This document shows positions 38,264-46,070 of a stretch of DNA of 47,938 nucleotides, piece after piece. Made by a program: the position numbers and the translations under genes. Position 1 is the first letter of the stretch. Each line of letters begins with the position of its first letter. The notes beneath the pieces are model-generated. The model saw only the letters and a program-made list of their open reading frames with translations. It was not told the origin of the DNA and ran no database searches. The stretch is from Gammaproteobacteria bacterium (GTDB lineage: Bacteria; Pseudomonadota; Gammaproteobacteria; Steroidobacterales; Rariloculaceae), in the NCBI GenBank assembly GCA_030834065.1, contig JAURFX010000002.1, positions 1 through 47,938 of the forward strand. The letters run 5' to 3'.

Positions 38264-39695
38264 TAGCTCCCTCGAGGGTGACGTTTAATAGGTTCTGTGC
38301 TTCAACCGCAAATTCCATGGGAAGTTCTTTAAATACTTCCTTGCAAAATCCATTGACTATAAGATTTACCGAGTCCTCTTCACTCAAACCTCTTTGTTGA
38401 CAATACATCAATTGATCATCACTGATCTTAGAGGTAGTTGCTTCGTGTTCAATGACAGATTTATTACATAAATTATCGATTTCGGGAAAAGTATGAGCAG
38501 ATGCATTACTTCCTAAAATTAGTGAGTCACATTGCGTATAGTTTCTTGCATTTTCAGCATTCTTAAAGAATTTAACTCTGCCCCGATACGCATTAGATGC
38601 ATTACCTGCAGAAATACCCTTGGAGATTATTGTACTTTTTGTATTTTTACCAATATGAATCATTTTTGTTCCGGTATCTGCTTGTTGGAAATTATTTGCA
38701 ACGGCAACCGAGTAAAACTTTCCTATTGAGTTTTCACCTCTTAGGATACAACTTGGATACTTCCATGTTATGGCAGAGCCTGTCTCAACTTGCGTCCATG
38801 AAATTTTTGAATTTGCACCACGACAGTCACCCCGTTTAGTAACAAAGTTATAAATACCTCCAACTCCATTTTCATCGCCCGGATACCAATTTTGAACAGT
38901 TGAGTATTTAATTTCAGCATCTTTCAAAGCTACCAGTTCAACCACTGCAGCATGTAATTGATTTTCATCTCTCATAGGAGCTGTGCAACCCTCAAGATAG
39001 CTTACGTAGCTCCCTTCATCTGCGATAATTAGTGTTCTCTCGAACTGACCGGTGTTTGATGCGTTAATCCGAAAGTAGGTAGAAAGCTCCATGGGGCATT
39101 TTGTATTTTTTGGAATATAAACAAAAGACCCATCGCTAAATACCGCAGAATTAAGTGCAGCAAAGAAATTATCTCTTTGTGGAACTACCGTACCTAAATA
39201 CCTTTCAATCAGTTCAGGATATTTTTGAACTGCTTCAGAAAAAGAGCAAAAAATTACTCCTACCTTCTCAAGGGTATCTTTAAAAGTTGTTGCGACTGAA
39301 ACACTATCAAATACAGCATCCACAGCCACGCCAGCTAATTTTGCTCTTTCATGAAGAGGAATTCCTAGCTTTTCATAAGTTTCTAATAGCTTTGGGTCTA
39401 CCTCATCAAGAGACTTTGGTGCATCCTTATTATTTTTTGGAGCTGAGTAGTAGGAGAGAGACTGGTAATCAATCGGATTATATTTTAATTGTCCCCAGTG
39501 CGGTTCTTGCATGGTTTTCCATTGGCTGAATGCTCTTAATCGCCATTCAGTTAAGAAAGATGGTTCATTTTTGATTTGAGATATTTTTTTTATAACATCC
39601 TCATCAAGGCCTGGCTCAAATGTATCTTGTTCGATATCCGTAACAAATCCATGCTCATATTTTTCCCTAATAAATTGATCGGCATTATTTTTCAT
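38256..39695 (-). CDS. sufB: Fe-S assembly scaffold SufB
   Basis: 479 aa, highly conserved throughout (e.g. [50 protein letters not shown]). Confidence 0.95.
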   Translation of the reverse strand: MKNNADQFIREKYEHGFVTDIEQDTFEPGLDEDVIKKISQIKNEPSFLTEWRLRAFSQWKTMQEPHWGQLKYNPIDYQSLSYYSAPKNNKDAPKSLDEVDPKLLETYEKLGIPLHERAKLAGVAVDAVFDSVSVATTFKDTLEKVGVIFCSFSEAVQKYPELIERYLGTVVPQRDNFFAALNSAVFSDGSFVYIPKNTKCPMELSTYFRINASNTGQFERTLIIADEGSYVSYLEGCTAPMRDENQLHAAVVELVALKDAEIKYSTVQNWYPGDENGVGGIYNFVTKRGDCRGANSKISWTQVETGSAITWKYPSCILRGENSIGKFYSVAVANNFQQADTGTKMIHIGKNTKSTIISKGISAGNASNAYRGRVKFFKNAENARNYTQCDSLILGSNASAHTFPEIDNLCNKSVIEHEATTSKISDDQLMYCQQRGLSEEDSVNLIVNGFCKEVFKELPMEFAVEAQNLLNVTLEGAIG

Positions 39696-39712
39696 CTGAT
39701 TAATCCAAGTAT

Positions 39713-40132
39713 TTAATTTGTGAATTTAATAGGCTTTTCTTGTAAGTCTCTAAGGGTAATATCGTTTAGCGCATGGGATATGATATTGTTTATTCTCTGC
39801 CATCCATAACTCATACCGCATTGATTTTGAACATTGCATGAAGATTTCTGACTTATGCATTCTGTTATAGCTATTGGGCCCTCAAGTGCTGTGAGAATTT
39901 CAGCTGCAGTAATTTCCTCGGGCCTCTTGTTTAATGCATAACCTCCTTTTGATCCTCGAACCGAATAAACCAAGTTTCCATGGTGCATCAATTTAAGTAT
40001 TTTGCTTACATTGGGTAAGGACAAATTAGTCTCATTTGAAATGTAAGAAGCACTTTTAAATCCTGTACTTTTATGCGGAAGATTAGAGAGAACTAAGGCT
40101 CCATGATCTACGAGCTTGCTAATTTTTAACAT
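39713..40132 (-). CDS. Rrf2-family Fe-S regulator heading the suf operon
   Basis: 139 aa. wHTH region [15 protein letters not shown]...[11 protein letters not shown]. Cys cluster [14 protein letters not shown] (CX6CX5C). Lies directly upstream of sufB. Confidence 0.85.
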   Translation of the reverse strand: MLKISKLVDHGALVLSNLPHKSTGFKSASYISNETNLSLPNVSKILKLMHHGNLVYSVRGSKGGYALNKRPEEITAAEILTALEGPIAITECISQKSSCNVQNQCGMSYGWQRINNIISHALNDITLRDLQEKPIKFTN

Positions 40133-40133
40133 A

Positions 40134-40152
40134 TAGTACTATTTTAGTACTA
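40134..40152. promoter_or_regulatory. candidate Rrf2 operator: TAGTACTA-TTT-TAGTACTA
   Basis: Two copies of the self-complementary octamer TAGTACTA, at 40134-40141 and 40145-40152. They are 11 bp apart start to start and lie 2 nt upstream of the Rrf2 start codon. Confidence 0.4.
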
Positions 40153-40282
40153 ATAATTATGATCTACAATTTTATTTACTTACATCGATAACGTTGTCTG
40201 CAAAATTTATTTAAATAAATGCACGTTTCCATTAGAATGATTGCTACATAAAAACATCAATAACAAAACACTATAAAGAAAT

Positions 40283-41299
40283 ATGAATATAGATAAATTA
40301 GAACGTACTGCAGAAGCCATGGTAGCTAAGGGTCGCGGTATTCTTGCTGCAGATGAGAGCAATGCAACAATTAAGAAGCGCTTTGATACTGTTAATGTAA
40401 TAAATACTGAGGAAAATAGAAGAGAGTATCGTGATTTACTATTTAATACTCCTAATATGGAAAGCTATATTAGTGCGGTCATATTTTTTGATGAGACAAT
40501 TCATCAGTCCACAGAAAAAGGAATAAAGTTTACCGAGTTACTGGTATCAAAAAATGTCATTCCTGGCATTAAAGTAGATAAAGGCACTAAGCCCTTGATT
40601 AACTTTGATAATGAGACCATTACAGAAGGTCTAGATGGGCTTGATGAGAGGATGGTAGAATATGGCAAAATAGGAGCACGATTTGCCAAATGGAGAGCTG
40701 TAATTAATATCGACGATGTTTTGCCATCTAAGTTTGCAGTTGAGGCCAATGCCCATGCATTAGCGAGATATGCCGCTATTTGCCAAAAAAATAATATCGT
40801 ACCTATTGTTGAGCCTGAAGTGCTTATGGATGGAGCTCATACCATTGAACGTTGTGAAGAGGTGACAAACGTGGTTCTAGAAGAGACCTTTAAGGCTCTT
40901 CAGTCGCATAAGATTCATCTTCCCGGTATTGTGCTTAAGCCCAATATGATCATTCCTGGAAAATTATGTAAGACCCAAGCTACACCTGAAGAGGTTGCTA
41001 CAGCAACCGTAAGATGCTTATTAAGAAATGTTCCTACAAGCGTTCCTGGTATTGCTTTTCTCTCTGGCGGCCAGAGTCCAGAGGAAGCTACGGCTAACTT
41101 GGATGCAATGAACAAGATTGGTGATCATCCTTGGGTATTAACTTTTTCTTACGGTAGGGCCTTACAGGCAACTGCCATATCTTCTTGGCAAGGAAAAGAT
41201 GAAAATAGAACCGCAGGACAAGATGCCTTTTTATTAAGGGCAAAATGTAATAGTGCTGCTAGCCTTGGTGATTATGACTTTTCGATGGAGTCTGCTTAA
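40283..41299 (+). CDS. class I (Schiff-base, eukaryote-type) fructose-bisphosphate aldolase
   Basis: 338 aa with GRGILAADESNATIKKRF, VIPGIKVDKG, LKPNM (Schiff-base Lys region) and FLSGGQS. Confidence 0.9.
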   Translation: MNIDKLERTAEAMVAKGRGILAADESNATIKKRFDTVNVINTEENRREYRDLLFNTPNMESYISAVIFFDETIHQSTEKGIKFTELLVSKNVIPGIKVDKGTKPLINFDNETITEGLDGLDERMVEYGKIGARFAKWRAVINIDDVLPSKFAVEANAHALARYAAICQKNNIVPIVEPEVLMDGAHTIERCEEVTNVVLEETFKALQSHKIHLPGIVLKPNMIIPGKLCKTQATPEEVATATVRCLLRNVPTSVPGIAFLSGGQSPEEATANLDAMNKIGDHPWVLTFSYGRALQATAISSWQGKDENRTAGQDAFLLRAKCNSAASLGDYDFSMESA

Positions 41300-41301
41300 A
41301 A

Positions 41302-42729
41302 TTAACTTTGACCTAAGGCTTCAATGACCTGATCAAGCCTGGCTTGATACTTATCTCTGTCAGAAATATCAAGATCTTCTTCTTCTAATACTGATTCAAG
41401 CTGTATTTTTGCATTCAGTAATTGCCCGGTAGAAATCGCATATTCTGCTAGATAATATCTAGAGAGTGAGGATGATCCCATTTGGTATGCATAATTAGCA
41501 AGCGTTCTAATGTTATTTGGGGTAGGCATTTCTATATTAAATAAATCCAGCAGTATGTCGTGTGCTAATTCTGGCTTTGATTTTTTAATATAAAGCTCTG
41601 CTAACTGAAGCGTTAGTGTTTTATTTCTTGGCGATAAGGATAGATTATTTGCCAACAAAGCAATAGCCTCATCCGTTTGACCATTCTCACTCATAACTCT
41701 TGCTTGAAGATCAGTAATAGCGATCAAATTTGAGCTCATACTAACAAGATCAGAAAGATATAAATTAGCTAAGTCAGGCTCATTTAATGCAAGCAAAGAT
41801 AAAATAATTCCGTATAGATCTTTTTGGTTATTTCCGCTCATTCTCAAGTTACTCTCAAAGTAACTCCTGGCCTCATCAGGCAATTCAAAGCTCTCAAATT
41901 CTAATATTGCTCGAACAATAAGATAGTTTTCTGTTGATTCAGCATAATCACCTCGCATCTCATTGGCTCTAGATCTTGTCTCTGCAATACGATTTACATT
42001 GACTGGATGCGTTTGCAGAAATTCTGGGATGATACTTCTATTCGCAGAGCTAATTCTTGAGAGTTTTTCAAACATGGTTGGCATACCAAGTGGATTGAAT
42101 CCAGACTTATATAAAATTTGCACGCCAACACGATCAGCATCGGTTTCCATGGCTCTTGTAAAATTAATCTGGCCTTGTTGCATAGCAGCTGTTCCAGCCA
42201 TCATTGCACCTGCCGCAGCGTCACTCGAGTTACTAGCACTTGCTAATATCGCTCCTGCCAACATTGTCGCTAATGCAAAGATAGTGTTTTCTTGTTGAGC
42301 TAGGTAAGTTCTCGATATATGCCTTTGAGTTACATGAGCGATTTCATGGGCTACAACACCTGCTAATTCATTTTCCTCTTCTGTCAGCCGTATCAAGGCT
42401 GAGTGAATGCCAATATAGCCACCTGGTAAAGCAAATGCATTTACTTCATCGTTATCAATTACAAAAAATCTAAAATTAAACTCACCGTCTTGTGCATAAA
42501 CACCCATATTTTTACCAAGAGAATTAATGTATTCATCCACAATAGGGTTCTCATTAATTGAACCGCTGTTTAATATTTGCGCGAATACACTTCTTCCCAA
42601 TCTTTCTTCTTGGGATACAGTCATAATTGCATCAGCAGGTGATCCAAAGTCAGGCAGACTGTTTATTTGAGCCGATAGGCTATGGACAAAGACTAAAAAA
42701 AAATAAATGAAAGAATAAGATTGCTTCAT
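41302..42729 (-). CDS. bepA: periplasmic M48 metalloprotease with TPR domain (BepA/YfgC-like)
   Basis: 475 aa with a signal peptide, the HEIAHVTQRH zinc motif and a C-terminal TPR-like half. Confidence 0.82.
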   Translation of the reverse strand: MKQSYSFIYFFLVFVHSLSAQINSLPDFGSPADAIMTVSQEERLGRSVFAQILNSGSINENPIVDEYINSLGKNMGVYAQDGEFNFRFFVIDNDEVNAFALPGGYIGIHSALIRLTEEENELAGVVAHEIAHVTQRHISRTYLAQQENTIFALATMLAGAILASASNSSDAAAGAMMAGTAAMQQGQINFTRAMETDADRVGVQILYKSGFNPLGMPTMFEKLSRISSANRSIIPEFLQTHPVNVNRIAETRSRANEMRGDYAESTENYLIVRAILEFESFELPDEARSYFESNLRMSGNNQKDLYGIILSLLALNEPDLANLYLSDLVSMSSNLIAITDLQARVMSENGQTDEAIALLANNLSLSPRNKTLTLQLAELYIKKSKPELAHDILLDLFNIEMPTPNNIRTLANYAYQMGSSSLSRYYLAEYAISTGQLLNAKIQLESVLEEEDLDISDRDKYQARLDQVIEALGQS

Positions 42730-43187
42730 TATGATATTGAGGCTAGAACTTCATTTACATGATGGGCGACTTTAACTTTTCTCCATACTTTGATTAATTG
42801 TTTGTTTGAGTCAAAAATAAATGTGCTACGCTCAATACCCATAACTTTTTTTCCATACATATTTTTCTCTTTAATGACATCAAATTTTCTACAAAGCTTT
42901 TCATTAGAGTCACTGATCAAGGGAAAATTTAAATCATGTTTATCAATGAATTTTTTATGTGAGCCGATGGGATCCCTTGAAATACCAAAGAGCTTTGCAC
43001 CGATCTTGTCAAATTTAGTTTTCGCATCTCTAAAATTTTGATTTTCAATCGTGCAACCAGGCGTATCATCTTTAGGATAAAAAAATAAAATAATAAACTT
43101 TGCCTCTAATTCATCAAGTCGAACTTCAGATTCTGTACCATCTGTAATAGCAACTTTTAGTCTTGGTAATTTATTTCCAATATCCAT
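42729..43187 (-). CDS. bcp: thiol peroxidase Bcp (peroxiredoxin Q)
   Basis: 152 aa with FFYPKDDTPGCTIE. Confidence 0.9.
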   Translation of the reverse strand: MDIGNKLPRLKVAITDGTESEVRLDELEAKFIILFFYPKDDTPGCTIENQNFRDAKTKFDKIGAKLFGISRDPIGSHKKFIDKHDLNFPLISDSNEKLCRKFDVIKEKNMYGKKVMGIERSTFIFDSNKQLIKVWRKVKVAHHVNEVLASIS

Positions 43188-43277
43188 TATTAATTAGTAT
43201 AAAAATAAAAAAATGTTATTGATCTATTTAATAGTTTATTTTATTCATTATACTTCTCAATAACATTTAATGTTTAT

Positions 43278-44159
43278 ATGATGATAGCCCAAGGTAGCAG
43301 CGTTGCACTCGTAACCCCAATGAAAGAAACTGGGGAAATCGATTTTCTTGCATTTGAAAGATTAATTCAATTTCATATCGATGAGGGCACAGAGAATATT
43401 ATTGTTGCTGGTACCACTGGTGAGGCTTCAACGCTTACATCCAAGGAGCATATTGAGGTTATTGAATATGCATGTAACTACAGCGATCAAATTTCGATAA
43501 TTGCAGGTACAGGATCAAATTCAACAAGGCAAACCATTGATCTTTCAAAATCAGTTGAAAATCTGCCAATCAAAGCTTTTTTAACGGTTGTGCCTTATTA
43601 CAACAAGCCAACACAAAGAGGGCTTATAGAGCATTTCACCATAATCGCAGATTCCTTAAAAAAACCTATTATTCTTTATAACGTTCCTGGTCGAACAGTC
43701 ATTAATATGACTAATCAAACCATTATAGAGCTTGCAAAGCATTCAAACATTATCGGAATTAAAGAGGCATCTGGAGATGTTAATCGAGTAGAGGAAATTA
43801 ATTTAAATACCCCTGATGACTTTGTTCTGCTTAGCGGTGATGATGAGTCATGCATGAATTTTATGCTAGCTGGAGGGCACGGCTGTATATCAGTGACTGC
43901 CAACGTGGCACCCAGACAAATGCGTACTTTATGTGACCTGTCAGTATTAAAGGATGATGCGAAAGCGAGAGATCTCGATAATTTATTGCAACCCTTACAT
44001 AAAGCAATGTTTACTGAATCTAACCCTATACCTGTTAAGGCAGCATTGAGTATAATGGGATTGATAGAAAATAATATTAGACTGCCACTAACACCTCATG
44101 ATGCAAAGCTCTCTGAGGAACTTAGATTGGTCCTCAAAAATTTAAAAATAATTCAATGA
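43278..44159 (+). CDS. dapA: 4-hydroxy-tetrahydrodipicolinate synthase
   Basis: 293 aa with VALVTPM, VAGTTGEASTLT, PYYNKPTQ and GIKEASGD. Confidence 0.93.
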   Translation: MMIAQGSSVALVTPMKETGEIDFLAFERLIQFHIDEGTENIIVAGTTGEASTLTSKEHIEVIEYACNYSDQISIIAGTGSNSTRQTIDLSKSVENLPIKAFLTVVPYYNKPTQRGLIEHFTIIADSLKKPIILYNVPGRTVINMTNQTIIELAKHSNIIGIKEASGDVNRVEEINLNTPDDFVLLSGDDESCMNFMLAGGHGCISVTANVAPRQMRTLCDLSVLKDDAKARDLDNLLQPLHKAMFTESNPIPVKAALSIMGLIENNIRLPLTPHDAKLSEELRLVLKNLKIIQ

Positions 44160-44413
44160 AATCAAATATATATATAATAATTTTAACACTATTTATGAGT
44201 TCATGTTCTTTCATGCCTTGGTCTTCTGATGAAGGTGATACCAGTTGCATTGATAACAGTGTTTACATGATTGAAGGAGATTCAGAACAGCTTCAGGTCC
44301 CGGAGGGACTTGAGAATTATGATTATAGCGGTGCCTTGCATATTCCAACTCAAGAAATGATAAATAATCAAGATCCGCTTACCTGCCTAGAGATCCCGCC
44401 ATCCTACGAATAA
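44156..44413 (+). CDS. 85-aa lipoprotein, possible minimal BamC (N-terminal BamD-binding segment only)
   Basis: Lipobox FMSSC. ATGA overlap with dapA, which is the bamC position in E. coli. LQVPEGL...GALHIP...LEIPP resembles E. coli BamC LHAPAGM...GDYAIP...LDIRPP, recalled from memory. Confidence 0.5.
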   Translation: MKSNIYIIILTLFMSSCSFMPWSSDEGDTSCIDNSVYMIEGDSEQLQVPEGLENYDYSGALHIPTQEMINNQDPLTCLEIPPSYE

Positions 44414-44483
44414 CGATCTAATTCTCTGGGATAATTTAGAATTTTTGAGTAAACTTTACTGAGTAATTACTTTAAGGGGACTT

Positions 44484-46061
44484 ATGCTTCGATCTACGTG
44501 CATTGCTTTATTTTTAATGATTTTTGGTTGTTCTAATAATATTGAACCCACAAGTACACCAAAAGTTTTAACAGAAGTACAAATTTTAAAAGCTTCTAAT
44601 CCAAACTATGGGGATCAATTTGGAGTAGGCGGTACATTACTTGGCGATGCTGTGGTAATGAGTGCCGATGGGTCAACTTTAGCAGTAGGCGCAACATTTG
44701 AAGCGAGTAATAGTATTTCCAATCAGGAAGATAATTCATTTTATGGCGCTGGGGCCGTTTATGTGTTTACCAATCAAGGTGGCAATTGGATACAGGAGGC
44801 TTATCTTAAGCCTAGCAATCCTGGCATCACTGATAACTTTGGTTATGCCGTTGAGATAAGCGATGATGGAGATACCCTGGTTGTCTCTTCTGTCTTTGAA
44901 GCGAGTAGCCAAACTGGAGTTAATCCGGATATTGAGGATGAAATTTTACCTCAGGCTGGAGCTGTTTATGTGTTTACTCGAGACGCTGGTAATTGGAGTG
45001 AAGAAGCTTACATCAAAGCACCCAATACCGGACATATGCCTGATGACCCTATGGCTTTGAGCGATGGAGACCAGTTTGGATTTGCCGTGAGCATAAATGG
45101 AGCTGGCAATAAGCTTGCGATTGCTTCAATCACAGAAGATAGTGGAGCAACTGGAGTGAATGGTGACATGACAGATAACTCTGCTGTATCTGCAGGCGCA
45201 GTTTATATTTATGAAAAATCAGAGAGTGGCTGGGAGTTTAGTGATTACCTCAAAGCAAGTAATGCTGGCGGGGGTGATCTCTTTGGCTATTCATTATCTT
45301 TCTCGCAGGATGGAAACACTTTAGCGATCGGCGGTTACGATGAAGATGGATCTTTAAATGGAAATAATGACGTTCAAGATGATGATGTTGCTGGGATGGG
45401 TGCCGTATATGTGTTTGAGGATCAAGCTGATGGCTGGATCCAGACCGCTTACCTTAAGGGGAGTTATCAAGAAAGAAATGATTCTATTGGTGTCGTTGTA
45501 GATATCAGCGCTGATGGGAGGACGTTAGTATCTGCTGCCCTTGATGAAGATAGCATGATGACTGGCGTCAATCCAGTTCCAGAGCCTGACTGGGAATCAG
45601 ATCTGTCAACAGGTGGTGTTTATGTTTTCGTAAAAGGCGATAGCGGGCAATGGTCACAGGAAGCCTACATTAAAGCATCAAATACAGGCATTCAGGATTG
45701 GTTTGGCTCGAGACTGGAATTATCACCTAATGGTGATGAGTTAATTATTGGCTCTCAGCTTGAGGATAGTGATTCTCATGGTATTGAAGGGGATCAGTCC
45801 AATGACAATGCGCAAGAGGCTGGTGCTGCCTACTTATTTACTCGTGAGAACGGCGAGTGGACACAACAATATTATTTTAAGGGGAGCAATACAGAGGCAT
45901 ATGACGAGTTTGCCAGCACTTTATCTACAAACTTTGATGGTTCAATTATAGCAATTGGCGCAAGAGGTGAAGATAGCAGTCTGGCTGAGGATGGCTCAAT
46001 CCAACCTGGTGACAACTCTCTGCTTGAATCAGGAGCGGTTTATATTTTTACTTATAACTGA
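44484..46061 (+). CDS. lipoprotein built of seven FG-GAP/integrin-alpha-like propeller repeats
   Basis: 525 aa with lipobox IFGC. A ~65-aa unit repeats 7 times: (L/I)K(A/P)SN....D.FG..(V/L).(I/L)S.DG.TL(A/V)(V/I)G....(D/S)......N.......(A/S)GAVY(V/I)F......W.Q.AY. Blade starts are at LKASNPNYGDQFG, LKPSNPGITDNFG, IKAPNTGH, LKASNAGGGDLFG, LKGSYQERNDSIG, IKASNTGIQDWFG and FKGSNTEAYDEFA. Confidence 0.75.
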   Translation: MLRSTCIALFLMIFGCSNNIEPTSTPKVLTEVQILKASNPNYGDQFGVGGTLLGDAVVMSADGSTLAVGATFEASNSISNQEDNSFYGAGAVYVFTNQGGNWIQEAYLKPSNPGITDNFGYAVEISDDGDTLVVSSVFEASSQTGVNPDIEDEILPQAGAVYVFTRDAGNWSEEAYIKAPNTGHMPDDPMALSDGDQFGFAVSINGAGNKLAIASITEDSGATGVNGDMTDNSAVSAGAVYIYEKSESGWEFSDYLKASNAGGGDLFGYSLSFSQDGNTLAIGGYDEDGSLNGNNDVQDDDVAGMGAVYVFEDQADGWIQTAYLKGSYQERNDSIGVVVDISADGRTLVSAALDEDSMMTGVNPVPEPDWESDLSTGGVYVFVKGDSGQWSQEAYIKASNTGIQDWFGSRLELSPNGDELIIGSQLEDSDSHGIEGDQSNDNAQEAGAAYLFTRENGEWTQQYYFKGSNTEAYDEFASTLSTNFDGSIIAIGARGEDSSLAEDGSIQPGDNSLLESGAVYIFTYN

Positions 46062-46070
46062 TTTCTCACA

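Noticed and set aside
40141-40159. Second Fur-box-like stretch in the suf/aldolase intergenic region (agtactaataattatgatc).
   Set aside because: It matches the 19-bp consensus at only about 13/19 by hand count, in a very AT-rich context. That is not distinguishable from chance.
40205-40220. 16-bp perfect palindrome ATTTATTTAAATAAAT.
   Set aside because: It is pure A/T low-complexity sequence in an AT-rich intergenic region. Such palindromes arise easily by chance, and nothing supports a binding-site role.
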